Positions 20,576 to 29,225 of a stretch of 64,000 nt of DNA are shown here, one piece after another. Positions within the stretch are counted from its first letter, which is position 1, and every line of letters starts with the position of its first letter. The DNA is from an uncultured Verrucomicrobia subdivision 3 bacterium (lineage in GTDB: Bacteria > Verrucomicrobiota > Verrucomicrobiia > Limisphaerales > UBA11358): positions 30,661-94,660 of the forward strand of contig CAIQEI010000025.1 of NCBI GenBank assembly GCA_903870815.1, read 5' to 3'. The notes under the pieces are model-generated. The model was given only the letters and a program-made list of their open reading frames with translations, had not been told where the DNA came from and searched no databases. Made by a program: the position numbers and the translations under genes.

Positions 20576-21366
20576 GGCTGTTCGGCGGCAGGATTGGCTG
20601 TCATCACGCGGTTCAAGCCGGCTCGCGCCAGATTATCGGCGGGATGTACGGCCAGTGACTTGTGAAAATATTCTGCTGCGTGTGTCCGGTCGCCGAGTTT
20701 TTCATACGTCAGGCCTATGAACGTATGGCAACTGCTGCGTCCCCAGCGCGGTTCCAGCGGGCCGGGAGCACGGGTCGCTTCGCTGGCAAAATAGGTGTCC
20801 GCAAGCAGCAGATTTTTCAAGGCTTCCTTCAAGTCCGCTCTCCCGGTGGCCATGTAAAATTCGCCGGTGGCGAGCAGATAACGCACGCGCGGATTGGTGG
20901 GCGCTTCCGTCATGGCCAGCTTGGAGTGGCTCATCGCGCGCGGCCCCAGCCCCAGGGCCCGGATCCATCGGTCGCCGATGCGGATGCCATAAATCGTGGC
21001 CAGCAGCGCGTGGCCTTCGGCGTTGTGAGCATCCAGCTTCACGGCGGTGGTGAGCGACGCTATGGCGCTGGCTTGCGCGTTCTCGGCGGCGGCGTCATTT
21101 CCCGGTGTGCTGCGCAATTGCAGCATGTGGTGAAACTCCGCCACGCCGAGCCAGTAAAAATTCGTCGCGTTATCCGGTGCTTGTACGGTCGCTTGTCGGA
21201 ATAATTCGCCCGCGTGGGCAAAACGCGCCCCGTCCCAGGCTTGAAATGCAGCGTTAAATTCAATGATGCCTGCCCGTGCCGGTGTCGGGCTGGCGGCCGT
21301 ATCCGCGCGCAGCCCGGGCGAAATCAACGACAGGCATAACATGAAAAGGCGAAACATCGCTTGCAA
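20572..21366 (-). CDS. Secreted TPR-like repeat protein
   Basis: Signal peptide (MFRLFMLCLSLISPGLRA) and helical TPR-like repeats. Its stop overlaps the desaturase start (ATGA), so it is the first gene of the minus-strand carotenoid operon. Confidence 0.55.
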   Translation of the reverse strand: MQAMFRLFMLCLSLISPGLRADTAASPTPARAGIIEFNAAFQAWDGARFAHAGELFRQATVQAPDNATNFYWLGVAEFHHMLQLRSTPGNDAAAENAQASAIASLTTAVKLDAHNAEGHALLATIYGIRIGDRWIRALGLGPRAMSHSKLAMTEAPTNPRVRYLLATGEFYMATGRADLKEALKNLLLADTYFASEATRAPGPLEPRWGRSSCHTFIGLTYEKLGDRTHAAEYFHKSLAVHPADNLARAGLNRVMTANPAAEQP

Positions 21367-21402
21367 TTTATACGCTGCGCGACAACTTTCACCAAATTGT
21401 TT

Positions 21403-22785
21403 ATGTCAACCGCTGCCAGCGTCCGCCGCGCCCGTGATTATTTCGCGACGGGGGTCACGCGGCCGCTCGCGTTCCGGCGCCGGCAACTGGAACAATTGGC
21501 CGCCGCCCTCGAGCAGCATGAAGCCCGTCTGCTCACCGCCTTGCAGTCCGATCTGGGCAAATCACCTTTCCAGGCTCTTTCCTCCGAGTTCGGCCCGGTG
21601 CGCGCGGAGATCCGCCAGGCCCTGCGTCAGCTGTCGCGCTGGTCTGCGCCGTCCCGCCGCCGGACGCCGTGGCTGGTCGCTCCGGCCCAAGCCTGGGTGC
21701 AGCCGGAACCGTTTGGCGTGGCGCTTATCCTTGGCCCCTGGAACTATCCCTTGCAACTGTTGCTGGCCCCGCTGGTCAGCGCCATCGCTGCTGGTAACAC
21801 GATCATCCTGAAGCCTTCTGAGTTCGCCTCGCGCACGGCGGAAGTGCTGACCGCCATGGTCGCCGACACGTTTCCGGCGGAATACATAACGATCATCAAC
21901 GGCGGAGCGGAGGTGGCCCGGGCGTTGTTGCAGGAAAAATTCGATAAAATCTTTTTCACCGGCAGCGCTGCCGTGGGCCGGTTGGTGATGGCGGCAGCCG
22001 CCCGCCATCTGACGCCGGTGACGTTGGAGTTGGGCGGGAAATGCCCCGCCATCGTTAGTGCCGGCGCCCAGGTGGAACTCGCCGCTCGCCGTATCGCTTG
22101 GGGAAAATTTCTCGCGGCGGGGCAGACCTGCGTTGCGCCGGACCATGTCTACGTTCACCGGAGCCTCCGCGAGTCGTTTCTCCGGGCCCTGAAAAACAGC
22201 CTCCTTGAATTTTTTGGCCCGGATCCACGCCGTTCGCCGGATTACGGTCGCATCGTGAATGAACGGCACTTCGACCGGCTGATAAATTATCTCGGCGGCG
22301 GAAAAGTTTTCCATGGGGGCGAACATCATCGGAAGGAATTGTATCTGGCCCCGACCATTTTGACGGAAGTTGCGCCCGATTCGGCGGTGCTGCAGGAGGA
22401 AATCTTCGGGCCCGTGCTGCCGGTTTTTGAATTTGCCGAAATCTCCGAAGTCGTCGCCCGGCTGCAAGCCGCGCCCGTGCCGCTGGCGCTTTATCTGTTC
22501 ACCCGCGACCGCGAACTGGAGCGGAAGCTGATCGCCCAGGTGCGCTCCGGCGGGGTGTGTGTGAATGATGTGATTTCCCAGATGACGGGTACCAACCTGC
22601 CGTTCGGCGGTCTCGGCGAAAGCGGTTTCGGCACCGCTCACGGCCGCGCGGGTTTCGACGCCTTTTCCCACCCGCGTTCCATTCTGCGGCGGGCAACGTG
22701 GCTGGATCTGCCGTTTCGTTATCCGCCGGCACGGGTTTCCGTGGCCGCCCTCAAGCGGGCGCTGAAATTTCTCCTGCGCGATTAA
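21403..22785 (+). CDS. Aldehyde dehydrogenase, class-3-like NAD(P)+ family
   Basis: ELGGKCP and the catalytic Cys block GQTCVAPDHVYV, EEIFGPVLPV, and a class-3 style N-terminus (RRRQLEQLAAAL). The ORF track start at 21361 is TTG; the first ATG is at 21403. Confidence 0.88.
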   Translation: MSTAASVRRARDYFATGVTRPLAFRRRQLEQLAAALEQHEARLLTALQSDLGKSPFQALSSEFGPVRAEIRQALRQLSRWSAPSRRRTPWLVAPAQAWVQPEPFGVALILGPWNYPLQLLLAPLVSAIAAGNTIILKPSEFASRTAEVLTAMVADTFPAEYITIINGGAEVARALLQEKFDKIFFTGSAAVGRLVMAAAARHLTPVTLELGGKCPAIVSAGAQVELAARRIAWGKFLAAGQTCVAPDHVYVHRSLRESFLRALKNSLLEFFGPDPRRSPDYGRIVNERHFDRLINYLGGGKVFHGGEHHRKELYLAPTILTEVAPDSAVLQEEIFGPVLPVFEFAEISEVVARLQAAPVPLALYLFTRDRELERKLIAQVRSGGVCVNDVISQMTGTNLPFGGLGESGFGTAHGRAGFDAFSHPRSILRRATWLDLPFRYPPARVSVAALKRALKFLLRD

Positions 22786-22799
22786 ACCCGGAAACGGAA

Positions 22800-23861
22800 T
22801 TACTCCACGTTCGGATACGAGCCGAGAATTTTGACAAAATTGCAGTGCTTGCCGAGCTGCTGTATGGCTTTGGCCACTTTTGCATCCCGGCAATGTCCGG
22901 CGCAGTCGATGAAAAAGAAATATTCCCACGCCTTGCGCTTGCTGGGGCGGGACTCAATCTTCGTCATGTTGATCTTGAACTTGCGGAACGCGGCGATCGC
23001 CTCGTGCAGCGCGCCCGCCTTGTCCGCCACGCTCAGCATCAGGCTCGTGCGGTCGTCGCCGGTCGGCGGGCTGCACTGCCGGCCCAGGACGATGAAGCGG
23101 GTGACGTTCACGGAATTGTCCTGGATGTCCTGTGCCAGTACTTTTAAACCGTATTTTTCGGCCGCCAGCACCCCGCCGAGCGCGCCGGCGAATTTACCCT
23201 TCGCCGCCAGTTCGGCGGAACGCGCGTTGGACGACGTTTCGACGATCTCCACGCGCGGCAGGTTTTTCGCCAGCCAGCCTCGGCATTGCGCCAGCGACTG
23301 CGGGTGGACGTAGAGTTTTTTGATCTGGGATAATTTCACGTTGCTCATCAGGCACTGCTGGATGTGCAGCAGCACTTGGGAAACAATTTTCAGATCGCTG
23401 TCCACAAACATGTCGAGCGTGTGCGTGACGACGCCTTCCGTGGAATTTTCCACCGGCACCACGCCGTAATCCGCCGTCTTTTTGGCGACCTCCGTGAACA
23501 CGTCGCCGATGGTTTTCTGCGCGGCATAGTTCAGGCTCGCGCCAAACTTCTGGATGGCTGCCTGGTGGGTGAACGTCGCCTCTGGTCCGAAATACGCTAT
23601 GGTCATGGTCTTCTCCAGCGCGAGCGCGCTGGACATGATTTCACGGTAAATGGTGCGGAGTTGCTCGTTGGTGATCGGCCCGGCATTCGCCTTGCAGACG
23701 CGCTCGAACACGGCGCGCTCGCGGTGTGGTGCATAGATCTCTTCGCCGGCCGCCAGCTTGATTTCGCCGATTGCGAGGACCTGGCGCGTGCGCTCGTTGA
23801 GCAGCCGGACGATCTGCGCATCCAGCTTGTCAATCGCCTGGCGATGTTCGGTAAGGCCCAT
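22800..23861 (-). CDS. pheA: Bifunctional chorismate mutase / prephenate dehydratase (P-protein)
   Basis: 353 aa. N-terminal CM domain (IDKLDAQIVRLLNERTR), a PDT domain (IAYFGPEATFTHQAA, ENSTEGVV) and a C-terminal ACT domain (ESRPS). Confidence 0.92.
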   Translation of the reverse strand: MGLTEHRQAIDKLDAQIVRLLNERTRQVLAIGEIKLAAGEEIYAPHRERAVFERVCKANAGPITNEQLRTIYREIMSSALALEKTMTIAYFGPEATFTHQAAIQKFGASLNYAAQKTIGDVFTEVAKKTADYGVVPVENSTEGVVTHTLDMFVDSDLKIVSQVLLHIQQCLMSNVKLSQIKKLYVHPQSLAQCRGWLAKNLPRVEIVETSSNARSAELAAKGKFAGALGGVLAAEKYGLKVLAQDIQDNSVNVTRFIVLGRQCSPPTGDDRTSLMLSVADKAGALHEAIAAFRKFKINMTKIESRPSKRKAWEYFFFIDCAGHCRDAKVAKAIQQLGKHCNFVKILGSYPNVE

Positions 23862-23870
23862 GCCCGGAGA

Positions 23871-23898
23871 GAATGAAGAATGAAGAATGAAGAATCAA
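23871..23898. repeat. Heptanucleotide tandem array GAATGAA x3 plus one degenerate copy (GAATCAA), 9 nt upstream of the pheA start
   Basis: Read directly: gaatgaa gaatgaa gaatgaa gaatcaa. Confidence 0.9.
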
Positions 23899-24022
23899 AC
23901 CTTGTTTCACGTTTGTCTCTTAATCCTGATCTGGCTCGGGTTCGTCATCGGCTTTAACTGCGGATCAAGATTCGGGTGGGGTTTGGGAGCTGGTTAAATG
24001 CCGGTGACGCATGAAGTTTACC

Positions 24023-24050
24023 TTGACTTCGCGCGCCAAAAATCTATTTT
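24023..24050 (+). promoter_or_regulatory. Putative sigma-70-type promoter for rpsU (TTGACT, 16 nt, TATTTT)
   Basis: Read directly, ~70 nt upstream of rpsU ATG 24122. This is a sequence match only. Confidence 0.35.
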
Positions 24051-24121
24051 CACCCTTCCTAAATTTATGCGGGAATTTGCCCGTGGCAAATTGTCCCCGC
24101 CCCCGAAAGGAAGTGAGTGCA

Positions 24122-24319
24122 ATGACAGAGATCAAACTGAAAAAAGGCGAACCTGTGGAACGTGCTTTGCGTCGGCTGAAGAAAAAAGTCGACCGCGAAG
24201 GCACCCTCAAATCCGTGCGCATGCGCCGGCAATTTGAAAAGCCCAGTGCCGTCCGCCGCCGCAAGGAAAAAGTCGCCCGTTTCTCCGCCATGCTCGCCGC
24301 GCGCCACGCTGACGATTAG
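24122..24319 (+). CDS. rpsU: 30S ribosomal protein S21
   Basis: MTEIKLKKGEPVERALRRLKKKVDREGTLKSVRMRRQFEKPSAVRRRKEK... is a typical S21 sequence. A GAAAGGAAG Shine-Dalgarno site lies upstream. The start is trimmed from the longer ORF track entry. Confidence 0.93.
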   Translation: MTEIKLKKGEPVERALRRLKKKVDREGTLKSVRMRRQFEKPSAVRRRKEKVARFSAMLAARHADD

Positions 24320-24341
24320 TCCGCGTTTTGCATTTCCCCAG

Positions 24342-24377
24342 CCGGGCGTATCCGCTAGGATACGCCCGGTTTTTGTT
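24342..24377 (+). terminator. Rho-independent terminator after rpsU
   Basis: 12-bp perfect stem ccgggcgtatcc / ggatacgcccgg with a gcta loop, followed by tttttgtt. Confidence 0.85.
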
Positions 24378-24421
24378 CTGGGGTCGTCCCGGAGCCGGGA
24401 GTCTGGACCCCAAAGCCCAAA

Positions 24422-25336
24422 ATGTATTCCTTTTCCACCTGTTGGAATTCCGCCCGCCACACCGATGGCCGCGCGATGCTGCGCGAAATCCGCGAACTCG
24501 GCTTTGACTACGCCGAGTTGAGCCATGGCATCCGTCTCAGCCTGCTACCTGGCATCTTCGAGGCTGTGAATGCCGGCGAGATCAGGATTTCCACCGTCCA
24601 CAATTTCTGTCCGCTGCCGGTTGGCATCGATAAGCCGTCGCCGAACCTCTATGAATTTTCCTCCGACCGCGACCGCGACCGCCAGCTTGCCGTCAAGCAT
24701 ACCCTCAATACCCTCGATTTTGCCCGGCGCGTCGGCGCGCCGCTCGTCGTGCTGCATTTCGGCAGTATGGACCTGAAGGATTACACCGGCAAACTCACGG
24801 AACTCCTCGGCCGCGGCGAAAAGGGTTCGCCGAAATTCCTCAAGCTCGTCGCCGAGGCCAGCGCCGCCCGCGAGGCGAAGAAGAAAAAATTCTACGACCG
24901 CTCCCGCGACACCTTGCGCGAACTCTACGGCGAGGCCAAAGCCCGCGGCCTCAAATTCGGCATCGAAATCCGCGAAGCCGTCGAGGAGCTCCCCGTCGAA
25001 TCTGATTTTAAAACGCTGCTGGAGGAATTTCCTGCGCCCACGGTCGGTTACTGGCACGACGTGGGCCACGCGCAAATCAAGGCCGATCTCGGTTTCATCG
25101 ACCACGCGAAGTTTCTGGCCGAACGCGCCGACCGGCTGGCCGGCTTCCACATTCACGATGTGAAATTTCCCGCGCGCGACCATTTCCCGCCCGGCGGCGG
25201 TGATGTTGATTTTGCCGCGCTCCAGCCGTCCGTGAAACCGGAGCACATCAAGGTGTTTGAATTAAGCCCCAAGGTCCCGCTCGACTCCGTCCAGCGCAGC
25301 GTTGCGCACCTGAAACGGATTTGGGGTGAAGAATAA
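24422..25336 (+). CDS. Sugar phosphate isomerase/epimerase (xylose-isomerase-like TIM barrel) family protein
   Basis: 304 aa. GFDYAELSHG, VVLHFG, IEIRE and WHDVGHA metal-ligand style blocks. Confidence 0.78.
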   Translation: MYSFSTCWNSARHTDGRAMLREIRELGFDYAELSHGIRLSLLPGIFEAVNAGEIRISTVHNFCPLPVGIDKPSPNLYEFSSDRDRDRQLAVKHTLNTLDFARRVGAPLVVLHFGSMDLKDYTGKLTELLGRGEKGSPKFLKLVAEASAAREAKKKKFYDRSRDTLRELYGEAKARGLKFGIEIREAVEELPVESDFKTLLEEFPAPTVGYWHDVGHAQIKADLGFIDHAKFLAERADRLAGFHIHDVKFPARDHFPPGGGDVDFAALQPSVKPEHIKVFELSPKVPLDSVQRSVAHLKRIWGEE

Positions 25337-25377
25337 ATTGACGTTTTGCGATTGACGAGTTGACTTGCAAATCCGCG

Positions 25378-25405
25378 CGTAAATCGTAAATCGTTAATCG
25401 TAAAT
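25378..25405 (+). repeat. Heptanucleotide tandem array CGTAAAT x4 (third copy CGTTAAT) running into the cca start codon
   Basis: Read directly: cgtaaat cgtaaat cgttaat cgtaaAT(G). The ATG at 25404 lies inside the last unit. Confidence 0.9.
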
Positions 25406-26729
25406 GACCGCCGATTCGCCCAGAACCGTCGCGAAAGAAATCGTGGCCCGCCTGCGAGGCGCGGGTTTTGCCGCGTTCTGGGTGGGCGGCTGCGTGCGTG
25501 ATTTTTTGCTCGGCCGGGAGCCGCAGGATTTTGACCTCGCCACGGATGCCCTGCCCGAACAGGTTGAGCAGCTCTTCCGCAAGACCATCCCCGTTGGCAA
25601 GAAGTTCGGCGTCATCATCGTCGTCGAGGGCGACCGGCAATTTCAGGTCGCCACGTTCCGTGCCGAGGCGGATTACCGGGACGGCCGTCGTCCGGAGCAG
25701 ATTGTCTTCGCCAACGCCGAGGCCGACGCGTTGCGCCGGGATTTCACCGTGAACGGACTTTTCTACGATCCGCTCACGCAAAAAATCCACGACTGGGTCG
25801 GCGGGGAAAAAGATCTGCGCGCGAAAATCATCCGCACCATCGGTGTGCCGGCGGAACGCTTTGGCGAGGATCATCTGCGGCTGCTGCGCGCGGTCCGGTT
25901 CGCGGCGCAGTTGAATTTTGTCATCGAGCCGGAGACGTTCGCCGCCGTGCAGGCGCTCGCGCCGAAAATAAAACTCATCAGCGCCGAACGGGTGCGGGAT
26001 GAACTGGTGAAATTGTTTCGCCCGCCGCACGCCGCTCGCGGGTTGGTGCTGCTGCGTGACAGCGGGTTGCTGGACCCCATCCTGCCGGAACTCGCGGCGA
26101 CGGCCGGCTGCGAACAGTCGCCGGATTATCATCCGGAAGGCAGCGTGTTCAATCACCTTTGCCTGATGCTGGAAAAACTTCCGGCGGATGCGGGCGAATC
26201 GCTCCCGTGGGCGGTGTTGTTGCACGACATCGCCAAGCCGGTGACGGCCGGGTGCGATGCGGCGACGGGCAAAATCCATTTCTACGGCCACGAAAAAGTA
26301 GGCGCGGAAATGGCGGAGAAAATCTTGCAGCGTTTGAAGTTCCCGAACCGGCCGACGGAGGAAATCGTAGCGTGCGTATTGCATCACATGCAGTTCAAGG
26401 ACGTCAAGCAGATGCGCCAGGCGACGCTGCGGCGCCTGCTGCTGCGCGCGACGTTTCCGCTGGAGCTGGAGCTGCACCGGCTCGATTGCCTCGGTGCGCA
26501 TGGCAATCTGGAGCTTTTTAATTTTTTGGTGGAGCAGGCGGAGGCCTTAAAACATCAGCCGCATATCCGTCCGCCGCTGCTGACGGGAACTGATTTGATT
26601 GCGCTGGGCGTGAAGCCCGGCCGGGAGCTGGGCGCCTTGCTGGCGGAAATCCGCGACCTGCAGCTGTCGGATGAATTGTTCACCCCCGAAGCGGCGCAAG
26701 CTTGGGTGCGGGAAAAACTGGCGGCCTAA
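25404..26729 (+). CDS. cca: CCA-adding tRNA nucleotidyltransferase with HD domain
   Basis: 441 aa. PolyA-pol head domain (VGGCVRDFLLGREPQDFDLAT, RRDFTVNGLFYD) and an HD block (LLHDIAKP). Confidence 0.9.
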   Translation: MTADSPRTVAKEIVARLRGAGFAAFWVGGCVRDFLLGREPQDFDLATDALPEQVEQLFRKTIPVGKKFGVIIVVEGDRQFQVATFRAEADYRDGRRPEQIVFANAEADALRRDFTVNGLFYDPLTQKIHDWVGGEKDLRAKIIRTIGVPAERFGEDHLRLLRAVRFAAQLNFVIEPETFAAVQALAPKIKLISAERVRDELVKLFRPPHAARGLVLLRDSGLLDPILPELAATAGCEQSPDYHPEGSVFNHLCLMLEKLPADAGESLPWAVLLHDIAKPVTAGCDAATGKIHFYGHEKVGAEMAEKILQRLKFPNRPTEEIVACVLHHMQFKDVKQMRQATLRRLLLRATFPLELELHRLDCLGAHGNLELFNFLVEQAEALKHQPHIRPPLLTGTDLIALGVKPGRELGALLAEIRDLQLSDELFTPEAAQAWVREKLAA

Positions 26730-27397
26730 TATTTCAACGGCGTGTAATCAATCGAGCGGATTTCAAATTCCCCGCCTTCGCTCTGGATGCCGATATAGCC
26801 GGAGTTGAGGGTGCAGCCGCTGATTTCGTTCACGAACTTGCTGTTCATGAAACATTCAACCTTGTTGTGGATGCAGATGGTTTCGGCTTTGTTCCATTCG
26901 CCGACGGTGACTTCCACCGGATCGTCTGGCAATGGGACCGTGGTGCTGGCGTTCTTGCCCCTGGTTTCCTTGGCGGTCGCGCCGCCCATCAAAATCAAAT
27001 CGCCCTGGTGGCCGTGCCGCCCCTGAACTTGTACGCATTGCGGCCAGATTTTATCGGGAGGCTGGATGTGGACGAAAATGCCGGTGTCGTCGGCTTGGGG
27101 CGTGGTTTTGACGAAGCGCCAGACGACGGTGAGAAAATAATTGCTGTAAACCTGCGCGGTGCGGAGGTAGCCGGTTGCTTTGCCGGTGCAATGGATTATG
27201 CCATTGGTGATGCTCCAGGTCTTCAGTGGATCGGTGTTGTCCTTCATCACAAATTTCCAGCCGGTGAAATCTTTTTGATTGAACAGTCCGACCGACATGT
27301 CGCGGGTGGGCGGCGTAACGGGTGAATCGTTGTCCTGGGCCCGGCTGTTTTTTGAAAATGCCAGCGCCAGGAAAATCATGGCCGCGATTAATCTCAT
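26726..27397 (-). CDS. Secreted DUF1080 (3-keto-disaccharide hydrolase-like, concanavalin-type) protein
   Basis: Signal peptide MRLIAAMIFLALAFSKNSRAQ. FTGWKFVM...WSITNGIIHCTG...GYLRT...YSNYFLTVVWRF and C-terminal GYIGIQSEGGEFEIRSI. The start is trimmed to ATG 27397. Confidence 0.78.
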   Translation of the reverse strand: MRLIAAMIFLALAFSKNSRAQDNDSPVTPPTRDMSVGLFNQKDFTGWKFVMKDNTDPLKTWSITNGIIHCTGKATGYLRTAQVYSNYFLTVVWRFVKTTPQADDTGIFVHIQPPDKIWPQCVQVQGRHGHQGDLILMGGATAKETRGKNASTTVPLPDDPVEVTVGEWNKAETICIHNKVECFMNSKFVNEISGCTLNSGYIGIQSEGGEFEIRSIDYTPLKY

Positions 27398-27429
27398 GCT
27401 GGCGAGAATCCTCCGGCCGGGTCTGCAAG

Positions 27430-28503
27430 TCAAGTGTGCGGCGGCAGCAGTTTTTGAGTGCGCTCCCAAACCTTTCCGGGCGGCAGGGCGCGGAGACATT
27501 CCTCCGGCTTTTCAAAATGGCATTTCGACGAGAGGCAGGGCGAGCAGGAGAGGTCGAGGCGCAGAACATTCTCGAGTTGGCCGTAGGGGCCGGTGCGGCG
27601 CGGTTCCGTCGGGCCGAACAGCGCGACCAGCGGCTTGCCGAGCGCGGCGGCCACGTGCATCGGGCCGGTGTCGTTGGTGACCAGCAAATCGCAGCGGCGC
27701 ACCCACTCGACCATTTCGAGCAGCGAGGTCGCCCCGCATAGATTCACGCAGCGGTTGGGTGCGGCTTGAAATAAAATGTCGCCCAGCGGCCGGTCGCCTT
27801 GGTCACCGAGGATGGCGAAGCGCAGGTCGGGATATCGTTGTGTCAGCGAATGGATGAGTTCGGCAAAATGTTTCACCGGCCAGCGTTTGTTTTTCCAGCG
27901 CGCGCCCGGTTGCAGCGCCATCCAGCTAGGTTGGCGTTCACGCTTGAGCGTGTCACCCGGCGGACCCGCTGAAGCTTGAACTCCAACGACCGGCCATTTT
28001 GATTTCACCTGTGCGGCAATTTCCGGCCGCTCCGGCAGCCAGACGAAATTTCTGTGAACCGGCACGCCGAGCGGCGGCAGCACGGACAAATACCAGTCCA
28101 CCGCGTGCGTGTGAAAACTGGCGCGCGGCACCGCGAGATCGTAAAACCCGCGCGCGCCCTCGCGGACCTCGTCGAGGCCGATGAGGAATTTCCCGCGCGC
28201 GAGCCACGCGAACGCGCCGCTGCGCGCCAGGCATTGGAGGTCGATGACGAGGTCGAATCTTTGTGCGCGCAGCCAGCGGATGCTGCGGAGCATTTCGGGC
28301 CAGTGTCGCGGTTTGCCCCAGCGCTTGCGTTCAAAGCGGACAACCCCCGCCAGGTCGGGATCGCCTTCGATCAGCGGGGCGAGCGCGGAATCAATCCACC
28401 AGAAAATATCCGCGTCGGGATGATGCCGCTTCAGCAGACGCAGAACGGGCAGCGCCTGGATGACGTCGCCGAGCGAACTGGGTTTGAGAATGAGAATTTT
28501 CAA
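27430..28503 (-). CDS. Family 9 glycosyltransferase (heptosyltransferase-like)
   Basis: LKILILKPSSLGDVIQALPVLRLLK start and C-terminal DTGPMHVAAALGKPLVALFGPT. The start is uncertain; I propose TTG 28503, which overlaps the upstream TGA (TTGA). The longer ORF track entry overlaps the neighbouring gene. Confidence 0.78.
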   Translation of the reverse strand: MKILILKPSSLGDVIQALPVLRLLKRHHPDADIFWWIDSALAPLIEGDPDLAGVVRFERKRWGKPRHWPEMLRSIRWLRAQRFDLVIDLQCLARSGAFAWLARGKFLIGLDEVREGARGFYDLAVPRASFHTHAVDWYLSVLPPLGVPVHRNFVWLPERPEIAAQVKSKWPVVGVQASAGPPGDTLKRERQPSWMALQPGARWKNKRWPVKHFAELIHSLTQRYPDLRFAILGDQGDRPLGDILFQAAPNRCVNLCGATSLLEMVEWVRRCDLLVTNDTGPMHVAAALGKPLVALFGPTEPRRTGPYGQLENVLRLDLSCSPCLSSKCHFEKPEECLRALPPGKVWERTQKLLPPHT

Positions 28504-29222
28504 CGGCCGAAGGCCAGCCGTTCGGCCAGCCGTTCGGGCAGGCCGGCTTCGCGGATTTTGCGCTGTGCGGTCTCGATGTCGTAGTCCAGCCGGCGCAGCT
28601 CCACCGTTTGCGCGTCTAGGTCGTAGATGACATAGGCGGCCTTGGGATTGTTGTCGCGGGGCTGGCCGACCGCGCCGACGTTGATGAAATATTTTTTGGA
28701 CGGGTCGCTCTTGAATTTGGAATAGGTTCCGCCGCGGACGACCGTGTCGCGCATGAACGCCACGGGGACGTGCGTGTGGCCGAAAAAGCACATCTGCGTG
28801 TTTTGGTAGGGAAAACTCGCGGCGGCGGCGAGCTTGTCAAAGACATAGCCCCAGCGTTGCGGCGCGTCGAGCGTGGCGTGGACCAGGGTGAAGTTAGCGG
28901 CCATCCGCGAGTATTTCAGGTCGCTCAGCCAGGTCTTTTCCTCGCCGTTCAACTGTTCGCGGGTCCAGTGGACGGCTTCCGCCGCATGGGGATTGAAGCC
29001 GTCGAGTGGGTCATCGGAGGAGCAGTATTCGTCGTGGTTGCCTTTCACGCAGGGGATGTTCATCTCGCGAACGATCTGCAGACATTCCTTGGGGTTGGCG
29101 TTGTAGCCGACCACGTCGCCGAGGCAGACGATGTGGGTGGCGTTCTGGGCACGGATGTCCTCCAGCACAACCTGGAAGGCTTCCAGATTGCCGTGGATGT
29201 CGGCGATGATGGCGTATTTCAT
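28500..29222 (-). CDS. Metallophosphoesterase (calcineurin-like, YfcE/MJ0936-type)
   Basis: MKYAIIADIHGN, LGDVVGY, GNHD and GHTH motifs in the canonical order. Confidence 0.85.
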   Translation of the reverse strand: MKYAIIADIHGNLEAFQVVLEDIRAQNATHIVCLGDVVGYNANPKECLQIVREMNIPCVKGNHDEYCSSDDPLDGFNPHAAEAVHWTREQLNGEEKTWLSDLKYSRMAANFTLVHATLDAPQRWGYVFDKLAAAASFPYQNTQMCFFGHTHVPVAFMRDTVVRGGTYSKFKSDPSKKYFINVGAVGQPRDNNPKAAYVIYDLDAQTVELRRLDYDIETAQRKIREAGLPERLAERLAFGR

Positions 29223-29225
29223 TTC

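Noticed and set aside
27398-28791. The full 453-aa ORF-track version of the GT9 gene, and the N-terminal extensions of 26726-27499, 29226-29645, 18012-19250, 17546-18094, 24011-24319, 37293 and 39283.
   Set aside because: The extensions are Arg/Pro-rich, overlap neighbouring genes, and precede obvious signal peptides or conserved N-termini. Internal starts that give family-typical N-termini were used instead.
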